Made by a program: the position numbers and the translations under genes
NCBI GenBank assembly: GCA_963713825.1
Contig: CAVQNG010000003.1
Coordinates: forward strand, 1-64,000
DNA: 64,000 bases
Source: an uncultured Acidobacteriota bacterium
GTDB taxonomy: Bacteria; Acidobacteriota; Thermoanaerobaculia; Multivoradales; JAHEKO01
Reading direction: 5' to 3'
In this document: positions 7,351 through 16,159 of the stretch, in pieces
Position numbering within the stretch: the first letter of the stretch is position 1
Layout: the number at the start of each line of letters is the position of its first letter
Notes under the pieces: model-generated
What the model saw: the letters and a program-made list of their open reading frames with translations, nothing else
The model's database searches: none
What the model was told of the DNA's origin: nothing

Positions 7351-8295
7351 ATGTTGTCTATCTCTGAGCAAGTGGAGATCGTCCACGAGATCATTGGCGA
7401 AAACCTGGCGTTCTGCAGGGCTGCTCTCTTCCCCGACTTTGCAGGGCTACTGGCAACAGTGCTGAATGACAGAGCGCCTTCACCCGACAGGCCTCCCTGG
7501 TTGATGTTGCCGATTCTGACCTGCGAAGCACTTGAGGGAGACTCCGAGCGAGCCTATCACGTAGCTGCTGCCCTCGAGATAGGGCGGATTGCCGCCGGTT
7601 GCCTGGATGAATGGCAGGACCAGGACACCGATGATGCCCTATGGCGGACCGTAGGCCCAGCGCAGACGGTCAATTTGGCTACAGCCATGATTGGGCTCTC
7701 GCAGCTATCCCTCACCCGCCTCGCCGATCTTGGCATGGACCCAGCGGTCATCCTGAACCTGCAGAAGGAATTCTCGTTGACCTTGCTCTACATGTGCGAA
7801 GGACAACACGCTGATTTGAGCGATGATGGTTCCCTCAGCGACTACGAAGAGACAGTTGGAGCCAAAACCGGCTCGCTGCTGAGCCTCGGCTGTCGAGCAG
7901 GCGCTATGGTTGCCGGGGCAGATGCAGAGACTGTCGCATGCTACGGCGATTTTGGGTACAGCCTGGGCATTCTGGCCCAGGTGTGGAACGATTTCTACGG
8001 TCTGGCAGGCACCGGGGGAAAAAGAGACGTTGGTCATAGTCGCACTTTGCCCATCCTGGCTGCATTGGCTCTGGATGGAGTGCACTATCAACCCGACTCT
8101 GCTGAGGGCCAGGCAGGGCAACTGTATGCTCTGGCCCAGTTCCAGGCTTTGCATCAACGTGCTGCTGAGGCATTAGCCAGGTGCCCGGCTCCCGGACACC
8201 TGGCCAGGTTTCTGGATGTGTATTCGATCAATCATCTGCTCCAGGGGGAATCATCGCAGGTTCGTTCATCCGGCGAGGGCGATGATGCTAAGTAG
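7351..8295 (+). CDS. Polyprenyl-synthetase-fold enzyme, ComQ-like peptide (Trp) prenyltransferase
   Basis: AAALE, first acidic motif LDEWQD without the downstream RRG, GQHADL, KTGSL, second motif QVWNDFYG (ND rather than DD), RTLPIL. Confidence 0.8.
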   Translation: MLSISEQVEIVHEIIGENLAFCRAALFPDFAGLLATVLNDRAPSPDRPPWLMLPILTCEALEGDSERAYHVAAALEIGRIAAGCLDEWQDQDTDDALWRTVGPAQTVNLATAMIGLSQLSLTRLADLGMDPAVILNLQKEFSLTLLYMCEGQHADLSDDGSLSDYEETVGAKTGSLLSLGCRAGAMVAGADAETVACYGDFGYSLGILAQVWNDFYGLAGTGGKRDVGHSRTLPILAALALDGVHYQPDSAEGQAGQLYALAQFQALHQRAAEALARCPAPGHLARFLDVYSINHLLQGESSQVRSSGEGDDAK

Positions 8296-10684
8296 ACTGT
8301 TCAGCGCAGAGGGAGTCAGGCGCCTGTCGATGCAGGCCCTGCTGTTGCTGGGACTGGCCATTCTTGTCAGCGGCCTGGCAATGTTCTTCTATGACATATC
8401 GCTGCCGTACGCCGGCTTTGAGGTCGCCGGTGCCACAGGTGTTGGGGCCATCCATCCCGGGGGTCCGGCTGCATCTGCCGGACTTGGTATGGATGACCGG
8501 ATCCTGGACATCCAGGGAGAAGGATCGCCGGGAGACGCGTACCTGCATCCCGACCAGGAGGCCCTCCAACTGACCGTGTTGCGTGATGGGCAGGAAGTGT
8601 CCCTGAACATCGGCTTGACCTCACCACCGCCCAAGGTGACTTTCAACAAGGTTGGCTACTATGTCATGGCCCTGGCCTTCTGGATCATTGCCATGATCGC
8701 CCTGGTGTTCAAGCCCCGCGATCCAGTGTCGCAGCTCTTTGTCTTGGTCGCTCTGCTCGGCACATTGGGCATCGTCGTCTGGCGCATGGCGGACATTGGT
8801 GCATTCTGGGCGAATTTGACGATGCCTGCTATCGCCCTGGCCGTTGGTCCAATTTTCGTCCACTATCACACGGTCTTTCCTGAACGCATCAGCTTCAGGG
8901 GCAAAAGGGCTCTGTTGGTAGGTTTATACTGTATCAGCCTGATTCTGCTGTTGCTATCCACGGCGTCGGATCTGATCTATCTCGACAGGCAACTCCACAA
9001 TCTCGGCGGAGGGCCGCCGTCCCTTGCTGCGGTGATCAAGGTGTACTTCTGTGCTTGTTTGATCATCGGCCTGACGCTGCTGGTACGGACCTATCGCGAA
9101 TCAAGCTCCGAGACAGGCAGGCGACAGGTCGCGCTGATTATGCTCGGCACTGGTTTGGCATCGTTGCCGCTCATGCTCTTCATCATGCTGCCCCAGATTC
9201 TCCACACTCCCTACGTCGTGCCGAGCTGGATAAGCCTTTTGTTGTTGATGCTCATCCCGCTCAGCTATCTCTACGCCATGTACCGGCACAACCTGATGAA
9301 GCTGGACCGGATCGTCAATCGCTCGGTCGTGTATTTTCTCCTGTCCTTGAGTTTCATTGCCATGTACCTTGCTTTCTCTCTGGTTACCCGGTGGTTGATG
9401 CCCGATGTCTTTTCGGGGCCTGCTACTCTGGTAAACGTCGTACCCGTCCTGGTTCTCGTGTTCCTGCTCGAGCCCCTGAAGCAAAAGATCCAGGCACTCG
9501 TCGACGGCGTTTTCTATGGCGGTTGGTACGAACACAATGAGTTTGTCCATGGTGTGAGTAGTGCGCTCAAAGATGCGCTGGATAGCCAGACCGTCGCCGA
9601 TCTGTTGGTGAATGACGTGGCAGACACCATGCGTTTCAAGGAAGTCGCATTACTACTGCCGGAGGTGGGAGGTGACGAGGACACGTTTTGCGTACGAGAA
9701 CGCAATGGCTTCGATGCAATCATGCCTGTTCGCCGCGGGAGCGCTCTGGCTGCTTCCCTTTTAGAAGTCGGAGAGCCGATTCAACATGGAGTATTGCGTG
9801 ACCGATTGCGAGTTGATCCAGCCGCCCAGGAGGAGCTTGCTGTCTGGTCTGAGGTCGGGGTGCAGATGTGGGTCCCTCTGGTGCAGCGGGACAGGCTGAT
9901 GGGGATCCTGGTGCTGGGGAGCAAGGTCGCTGACGAGTTCTTTGCCAAGCAGGATCACCATGCTCTGGGTACCCTGGCTCACCAGGCTGCCGTCTCCCTT
10001 GCCCGTGCCCAGCTCGTTGACCGGCTTCAGGGCCAGATCCACGAGATCCAGGCCCTGACCAAACAGGTCATCGCCCTGCAGGAGAGAAACCAGAAGCGGT
10101 TGTCCCAGGAGCTCCACGACGACGTCGCCCAGGACCTGGCCTTCGTTCTCCGATTGCTGGAAGAACCGGTGGAGACTCACTCCCCCAGGAAGATCATCGG
10201 CGCACGCGACGTGATCCAGCAAGCCCTCGATCGTTTGCGCGACCTGATGTTTGAGCTACGCCCTCCGAACCTGGGCGACGACCTGGAAAAGGCGCTGAAG
10301 GAGTACGTCGCCTCTTTCCGGAGAAGACGGAATCTGCCCGTCGTCCTCCACACCAATGGCAACGGGGTATCGGTGCCGAAAGAGGTCAGGATCGCTCTGT
10401 TTCGCATTTGCCAGGAGAGTCTGAACAACACCTTGATGCACGCCGAGGCAAGGCAAGTTGACGTCACGCTGGACCTGCAAGACCGTAGGGTTCGCCTGGT
10501 GGTCAAAGACGACGGCGTGGGCTTTGAGGTGCCAGCCCACCTGGGCTCCCTCATCGACCAGCAGCATCTGGGCCTGGTCGGCATGCGGGAGCGGGCGGAG
10601 GGCGTCGGCGGTACTTTCAATCTGGAGTCGGAGCCCGGTCAGGGCACGCGGATCTCCGTCGACGTGCCCTTGTGCCTATCCTGA
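8282..10684 (+). CDS. ComP-like membrane sensor histidine kinase (PDZ-like + multi-TM + GAF + HisKA_3 + HATPase)
   Basis: PDZ-like GGPAASAGLGMDDRIL, about 9-10 TM segments, GAF-like VPLVQRDRLMGILVLG, H-box ELHDDVAQ, N-box QESLNN, DDGVGF, GLVGMRER. Overlaps the prenyltransferase stop by 14 nt. Confidence 0.93.
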   Translation: MMLSRLFSAEGVRRLSMQALLLLGLAILVSGLAMFFYDISLPYAGFEVAGATGVGAIHPGGPAASAGLGMDDRILDIQGEGSPGDAYLHPDQEALQLTVLRDGQEVSLNIGLTSPPPKVTFNKVGYYVMALAFWIIAMIALVFKPRDPVSQLFVLVALLGTLGIVVWRMADIGAFWANLTMPAIALAVGPIFVHYHTVFPERISFRGKRALLVGLYCISLILLLLSTASDLIYLDRQLHNLGGGPPSLAAVIKVYFCACLIIGLTLLVRTYRESSSETGRRQVALIMLGTGLASLPLMLFIMLPQILHTPYVVPSWISLLLLMLIPLSYLYAMYRHNLMKLDRIVNRSVVYFLLSLSFIAMYLAFSLVTRWLMPDVFSGPATLVNVVPVLVLVFLLEPLKQKIQALVDGVFYGGWYEHNEFVHGVSSALKDALDSQTVADLLVNDVADTMRFKEVALLLPEVGGDEDTFCVRERNGFDAIMPVRRGSALAASLLEVGEPIQHGVLRDRLRVDPAAQEELAVWSEVGVQMWVPLVQRDRLMGILVLGSKVADEFFAKQDHHALGTLAHQAAVSLARAQLVDRLQGQIHEIQALTKQVIALQERNQKRLSQELHDDVAQDLAFVLRLLEEPVETHSPRKIIGARDVIQQALDRLRDLMFELRPPNLGDDLEKALKEYVASFRRRRNLPVVLHTNGNGVSVPKEVRIALFRICQESLNNTLMHAEARQVDVTLDLQDRRVRLVVKDDGVGFEVPAHLGSLIDQQHLGLVGMRERAEGVGGTFNLESEPGQGTRISVDVPLCLS

Positions 10685-10701
10685 ATCCAAGGAAGGGTGC
10701 T

Positions 10702-11768
10702 ATGCGCATCGCCATTGTCGGAGCGGGTCCGGCCGGCTGCCACCTGGCCCATTGCCTTGCCAACACCGAGCACGAAATCCTGCTCTTTGACCATCGCGCA
10801 CGCCCGCCCCACGAGGCGGGTTACGAGAAACCGTGCGGCGGGGGCCTGGGTCCCCTCATCGGCCGGCACCTCCCCGACGTGATGGCCCTGCCGTTTTCGC
10901 GCCACTGCCCAACCCGCCTGCTGCTCCGGGCCTCGGACGGCAGCCAGGTCGAGCAGATCCTTGACCAACCTCCCTGGGCCATCGTCTCCAGGGAAGACCT
11001 TGGCCGGGCGTTGCTCGACCGCGCCCTGGCCAACGGCACGTTCGCCTCGTGCGCCAGCGGGTGGTTGACCTGGAGCAGACCGGGGACGGCTGGTGCCTGC
11101 GTACCGCAGTCGGGCCAGGTGTTCTCAGCCGACTTTTTGGTGGGTGCCGATGGTGTGCGGAGCATCGTCCGGCGGCGCGTGGTGGGGCCGATCCCCCGGC
11201 AGCACCTGGGCCTGGCCGTAGGCTACCTGGTGCGGGGCATGCCAGACGCCCTCATATTCCAGACCTTTGCCGATCTGGAGGGTTACCTCTGGTCCTTTCC
11301 CCGCCCTGACCACGCCAGCGTGGGCATCGGCAGCCGGCTGGGTGCCGTTCCTCCTCGGGACCTTTGGCAGCGGTTGGATCGGTTTCTCGACGACACGTGT
11401 CCAGGGGCCAGCAGGGATAGGCGCTGGGCTGCGCTTGCTGCCGATGGCTCGGGGATCCGACGCTGTGGGATACACCCTGCGCAGGGCCGGGATGGGCCTT
11501 GCTGGGGGACGCGGCGGGCCACGTCCATCCCATCACCGGCGAGGGCATCGCCTACGCTCTGTGGTCGGCGGAGCTGCTGGCCGAGGCATTCGGGCAGGGA
11601 GATCCACAGGTCTACGAAGGCCTGTGGCGGGAACGGTATGGGCGCGGGTTCATGGCTGCCAGCGGCATGTTGCGCCCGGTGGATCTGGACATCGGTGCCT
11701 ACGAGATCGTATTTCAGGTGGCGATGGCCGTGTTTCAGCTGACAATGGCGATGGCCCTGTCAAGCTAA
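10702..11768 (+). pseudogene. Geranylgeranyl-reductase-family FAD oxidoreductase with about 4 apparent frameshifts (errors or pseudogene)
   Basis: IVGAGPAG, EKPCGGG, LVGADG..S, GYLWSFP, LGDAAGHVHPITGEGIAYA. Frame switches near 11040, 11108, 11434 and 11452. Confidence 0.8.
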
Positions 11769-11943
11769 GACAAGATCCACGAGCTTGTCCAGTGTCCTTT
11801 GCGGCCGTGATTCTTCTTGGAGCGCCGTTCAAGCTCACTCACCTCTTGACCCTGATCCCATTCTCTCCCACCATAGCCAAGCGCAGTCTGCTTGGTCTTG
11901 TGCCGAGCACGACGGTCGAGGTACCTGCTACCAATGCAGGGAT

Positions 11944-11972
11944 TTGACGTTTGCCCCGAAATGGTGTAGTAT
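11944..11972 (+). promoter_or_regulatory. Sigma70 promoter of the HTH/BREX-like operon
   Basis: TTGACG, 17 nt, TAGTAT. Confidence 0.65.
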
Positions 11973-12017
11973 TCAAAACTGTTGAGCTACCCCGCATTTG
12001 GCAAACTGGAGCTCTCG

Positions 12018-12227
12018 ATGAACGATGAGATTCTAGAAAACTACCTCGGAATGGATGAGGTGGCTCGCTGTCTCTCCATTCATGTGGAGAGCGCCCGCCG
12101 CCTGGCCCGTCAGGGAAAGATCCCGGCTGTGCGTGTGGGAAACAAATGGCTTGTGCGTGTAGACGTCTTGAAGGAGTTTTCACGGCAATACGACCCTCGG
12201 CGTGGGCGCCGGGCACTCGAAAGCTGA
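12018..12227 (+). CDS. Excisionase-family (HTH_17, MerR-like) DNA-binding protein
   Basis: YLGMDEVARCLSIHVESARRLARQGKIPAVRVGNKWLV. Confidence 0.85.
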   Translation: MNDEILENYLGMDEVARCLSIHVESARRLARQGKIPAVRVGNKWLVRVDVLKEFSRQYDPRRGRRALES

Positions 12228-12233
12228 GCCCTT

Positions 12234-13004
12234 GTGGAGAAAACCATGACAATGCAGAACTCGAAGGGTATGGATCCACCGCGCATGATTCAGGAAGTAC
12301 CCTGGCTGCAAGCGAAGCTAGCAATCAGGGAAAGCCTTCGCTTTGACGACTTCTCTGCGTTTCGGGCCTTTCTGCAAGAGAACCTGCCATACAACTCTCC
12401 GTCTACCAGACGGCAGCACGCACAGACCATAGCACTGTACTTTTTTCCGGGCCAGTCACTGGACGTGTTGCCTCGGCGAGCTTGGGAAGCATATCGGGAT
12501 GATGACTTGCTGGAAGAGCTGATGCGCCATCAGTACCTGGCTCAGGAGCCAACCGTGGCTCACTTCGTCGCCAGCTACCTGAGCACAATGGCCCCGGGTG
12601 TCATTCTTGAGCGCTCAGTGTTGGAAACATACATCGAAGAAGTGGATCCGAAGAACCGCCCGAAAATGGTCCGTCGTCTTGGGGAAACGCTCCGCCGTCT
12701 GGGGTTCGTTGTTCGACAGCGCCAAAGAGACATTGTAGCACAGCTCAAGCCTGGCAAGACGCCTTTCTTGCTCCTGGTGCATCGCCTCTTTGCGCCTTCT
12801 CCGCGCATCGTCACCTTGCGCGACATCTTGGCCCATCGGTTCTGGCTGTATCTCGGCCTGCGTGAAGAAGGAGAGGTTCGCCGCATTCTGCACGAGGCCA
12901 GTGCCCAGAGCTTGATCGCCGGCTATGCTAGAGTGGATCAGCTTGAGCAGATCACAACGAGTTACACACTCGACCAGTGGCTTGAGAAGAGGCTGCGGCT
13001 GTGA
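12234..13004 (+). CDS. Hypothetical protein, possibly BrxA-like
   Basis: 256 aa; NLPYNSPSTRRQ and helical composition reminiscent of BrxA/DUF1819; first of three coupled genes before a P-loop ATPase. Confidence 0.45.
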   Translation: MEKTMTMQNSKGMDPPRMIQEVPWLQAKLAIRESLRFDDFSAFRAFLQENLPYNSPSTRRQHAQTIALYFFPGQSLDVLPRRAWEAYRDDDLLEELMRHQYLAQEPTVAHFVASYLSTMAPGVILERSVLETYIEEVDPKNRPKMVRRLGETLRRLGFVVRQRQRDIVAQLKPGKTPFLLLVHRLFAPSPRIVTLRDILAHRFWLYLGLREEGEVRRILHEASAQSLIAGYARVDQLEQITTSYTLDQWLEKRLRL

Positions 13005-13492
13005 GACGTGACCAATTCGCTGCCGAGATTGACTCGATTCTGGCGGGCTCCCACCCCTATCGCCACCTCTACGTCTGGCTCGGCGAGATCGATGATCTGA
13101 CCTCGCTCCTAGCTTCTCGCTGTGCTCAGCGCCTGGATGCTTTTCAGCTAGCTGCCGAGCTGAGCCACTTTCCCTCCGCAGTAGACGAAGCGGGCGACCT
13201 GCTACGCGATGCTCTGCGAGCGAGACTGAGGGTTTGGCATGCCACCAATGGGGATGCCCATCCAGTTCTCGTGATCACTGGCTGCGAGCTGTTGGCGCGG
13301 TATCGAGTGGGACTGCAACCATTCTATGAGGCGTTGACCGCTCGCTCGATTGTCATACTGGTCTGTTCGGCAGAGGATGCTGCCTACGATCCAGCCGATC
13401 GGCTGCCCAACTATGTACGTTGCGAGCCTCGGTCCACATTTGCTCATTTGGGGCGACTTGTTGAGGAAAATCACGTTATAGTAGAGAGCTAG
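13001..13492 (+). CDS. Hypothetical protein, possibly BrxB/BrxF-like degenerate P-loop protein
   Basis: GTGA overlap with the upstream gene; PVLVITGCELLARY strand-helix motif; size and position match BrxB/BrxF. Confidence 0.4.
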   Translation: MRRDQFAAEIDSILAGSHPYRHLYVWLGEIDDLTSLLASRCAQRLDAFQLAAELSHFPSAVDEAGDLLRDALRARLRVWHATNGDAHPVLVITGCELLARYRVGLQPFYEALTARSIVILVCSAEDAAYDPADRLPNYVRCEPRSTFAHLGRLVEENHVIVES

Positions 13493-13507
13493 ACAAGGAT
13501 TGCGCAT

Positions 13508-14558
13508 ATGCCCCGCGAGAAACTTCAACACTTGGTCATTCCCAAGCCGATGCCAGAAGACGTAACGCTGTCCCTGAGGCGTTCCTTCGACAATCCGCTG
13601 CAGACAGTGGACGACTACTGGTTCACTGACACCATCCGGGAGTACTTTGAGCGCATTGTCGAACTGGCAGTCCAAGGTAGAGGTCAAGGGTACTGGGTTG
13701 AGGCCGAGTATGGTGCCGGCAAGACTCACTTTCTTGCAACACTCGCCTGCCTGTTGGCCAATGCCGCCGACGATGCTCTGTGGGACCTGGTCAAGGATGA
13801 TGCCATCAGGAACTACCGGCGCCGTCTTGCGTCCCAGCGGCTGTTCCCGGTAATACTATCGCTCAAGGGGCAGAGCGGCGCTGACGAGTGGAGCGGCCGC
13901 CAGCTACTGAGCGTCCTGGAACAGGAGGGCTTTGGTGAGACACTGAAACGGATCGGCCTTAGCGGCCAGATCCAGGTCACCTCCACCGACGAACTCCTAG
14001 CATGGTTTGAGGAGCGGGATGCTGGGCTGCGGGCTGCCATAGAGCGGTATGTTGAATCTGAAACCGGTTGCACCCCTGCTGACTACCTTGCTCGCTACGG
14101 CCGGCGCGCGTTCGGCCGAGGCCCTACGTGACTATTGTGATGCCAACGATTTTCAGCCCCGCACGTCTGCGAGCGTACGAGAGCGCCTCGTTAACCTTTT
14201 CGACCAACTGACCTTGCCGGCTTTGGTCGCCAAGGGGGTTGAACCCTACACTGGCTTGCTTGTTGTCATTGACGAGTGGGAATCCTGGGATCGCCTGCAC
14301 CCGGCAGGCTCATCAGAAGCTGCCCATGACGAGGAGGTTCTGGAAACCCTTTCCTTCGTCCTGGCCAAAAATCTGGGCCTGCCAGTCCTAACTCTGGTCG
14401 GCTCCCAGACCGCGGTGCCAGCCAGGCTCCGCGGCGGCCAGGAAGGCGATCGATTCATAAACATGCCGTTGTTGAAGGGGGCCGGCGAGCGCGAGTACGA
14501 TATCATCGTCTCTCATCGCGTGCGCAAACTGGACCCTGAACGGACACCGGAGATCAAT
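13508..14558 (+). CDS. P-loop ATPase (BrxC/PglY-like), frameshift near 14110, truncated at the junction
   Basis: Walker A AEYGAGKTHFL and Walker B LLVVIDEW in the next frame. Sequence degenerates after DPERTPEIN. Confidence 0.65.
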
Positions 14559-14559
14559 C

Positions 14560-16140
14560 CTCCGCCTCCTCGCCCTGGTCGGACTCTGCCTGTTCCTCTT
14601 CTGCTTCGGGCTGCACTCCAGGGTGCTCTGGGATGTCGACGAAGGCATGCACGCCGTGATGACCAAGAACATCTTGCTGCACGGGGACTGGGTCACTCCG
14701 ACGTTCAATGGTGAGAACTTCTACGACAAACCCATCCTGTTCAACTGGCTGGGCGCGATCTGCTTCCTTCTCTTCGGCTTCAACGAATTCGCAGCCAGGC
14801 TTCCGGCTACGATCTTCGGGACGGCCGGCGTCCTGGTGACCTACTACATGGGTCGCAAGATGTTCGGGCCGCGAATCGGCTTCCTGGGAGGGATCATCCT
14901 AGCCGCCTTGGCCGAGTACATCCTGTTGTCGAGAGTCGTCGTTCACGATATTGCGCTGACCTCGTTTACGACATTGGCACTCTGCTTCTTCTATTTCGGT
15001 CTTGTCGATGAAGAGCGCAGAAGACGGTACTTCCTTCTATTCTGGGTCGCCGCCGGCTTCGCGGTCCTCGCCAAGGGTCCACTCGGGCTGGTGCTTCCCG
15101 GTCTGGTCATCGGAGTGTTCCTGCTCTCGACTCGAAGGCTCAGCCTGATCAAGGAGTTGCAGGTCGGCTGGGGCCTTCTGATCCTGCTCGCCGTAGCCGG
15201 TCCTTGGTACATCGCGATCAGCCTTCGCAACCCCGATTACCTGCGGTACTTCATCCTGGAGAAGAATCTCGGCAGCTTCTCTTCGTCCAACACCCACCAT
15301 GCGGGACCCATCTATTTCTACTTTCGGGCCCTGTCGTTCGGGTTGCTGCCCTGGGTCACCTTCGTCCCGCTGGCCACAATTGGGGCGATCCGCAATCGGG
15401 ACAGAGGGCCTGCAGACGCTGTCCTCTTCCTGCTGATCTGGGCCGGTTCTATCTTCGCCTTCTTCTCCCTGGCCACCGCCAAGCTCGAAAGCTACATCCT
15501 GCCCATCTTTCCGGCCGTCGCTCTATTGCTCGCACTGTACTGGTACGACGCCCTGAACGACCCGAGTCCCACCCGCAGGAGAGGGCTTCTCTGGTCCTGG
15601 TCGCCACTCGTCGGACTCATGGTCGCAGCGGTCCTCTACCTATGGTTGGTGCCGCCCACCTCGTTGCAGGCCAAGGCCGGACTCGACCCACCGAGGGTCT
15701 ACGGGTTCATCTGGACGGTCGCCGCGCTCGTCATCCTGGTGTTCGTGCTGCTGTGGATCAAGAAGTCGGCCGCTGCCATGGTGACGATCGTCGTGCTCAC
15801 CGGAACGGCGATGGCTCTATTCAATCTGGTCCTGGCTCCACCCGTGGGTCCCTATCGAGCCACCAAGGAACTGGGCCTGAGGCTCGACCAGAGGCTCCCT
15901 CCTGGTGACAAGTACGTCTTCTACCAACGGATTCGCGACTCGGCGATGTTCTACACAGACCGGGAGGCCATCGTCTTGGAGAAGCCGTCTGATATGCAGG
16001 AGCTCCTGCAGTCGAAGAACCGCGAGTACTGCATCCTCGACGAACGTCGCTTGCAAGAGCTCGACGGCCTGAAGGACCTGTTCTTCATCCTCGATCAGGA
16101 CGGCAACAAGTACCTGATCTCCAATCGGCCCGATCCCTGA
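14560..16140 (+). CDS. ArnT/PMT-family (GT39/GT83-like) membrane glycosyltransferase, 5'-truncated
   Basis: LWDVDEG, FYDKPILFNW, EFAARLP, LAKGPLG, YILPIFP. The frame extends upstream as a TM helix (LRLLALVGLCLFLF) to 14560 with no start codon. Confidence 0.9.
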   Translation, partial: LRLLALVGLCLFLFCFGLHSRVLWDVDEGMHAVMTKNILLHGDWVTPTFNGENFYDKPILFNWLGAICFLLFGFNEFAARLPATIFGTAGVLVTYYMGRKMFGPRIGFLGGIILAALAEYILLSRVVVHDIALTSFTTLALCFFYFGLVDEERRRRYFLLFWVAAGFAVLAKGPLGLVLPGLVIGVFLLSTRRLSLIKELQVGWGLLILLAVAGPWYIAISLRNPDYLRYFILEKNLGSFSSSNTHHAGPIYFYFRALSFGLLPWVTFVPLATIGAIRNRDRGPADAVLFLLIWAGSIFAFFSLATAKLESYILPIFPAVALLLALYWYDALNDPSPTRRRGLLWSWSPLVGLMVAAVLYLWLVPPTSLQAKAGLDPPRVYGFIWTVAALVILVFVLLWIKKSAAAMVTIVVLTGTAMALFNLVLAPPVGPYRATKELGLRLDQRLPPGDKYVFYQRIRDSAMFYTDREAIVLEKPSDMQELLQSKNREYCILDERRLQELDGLKDLFFILDQDGNKYLISNRPDP

Positions 16141-16159
16141 GGGTGTCTCCAGGCGCTGA

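Noticed and set aside
7351-8295. Ordinary FPP/GGPP synthase paired with GGR for lipid or quinone synthesis
   Set aside because: It lacks the GKxxR and RRG IPP-binding motifs, has an ND-type second motif, and sits between a Trp-terminal peptide gene and a sensor kinase. Disfavoured but not formally excluded.
14049-14714. ATPase-to-proline-rich fusion ORF
   Set aside because: The tail is an out-of-frame read of the ArnT-like gene across the junction.
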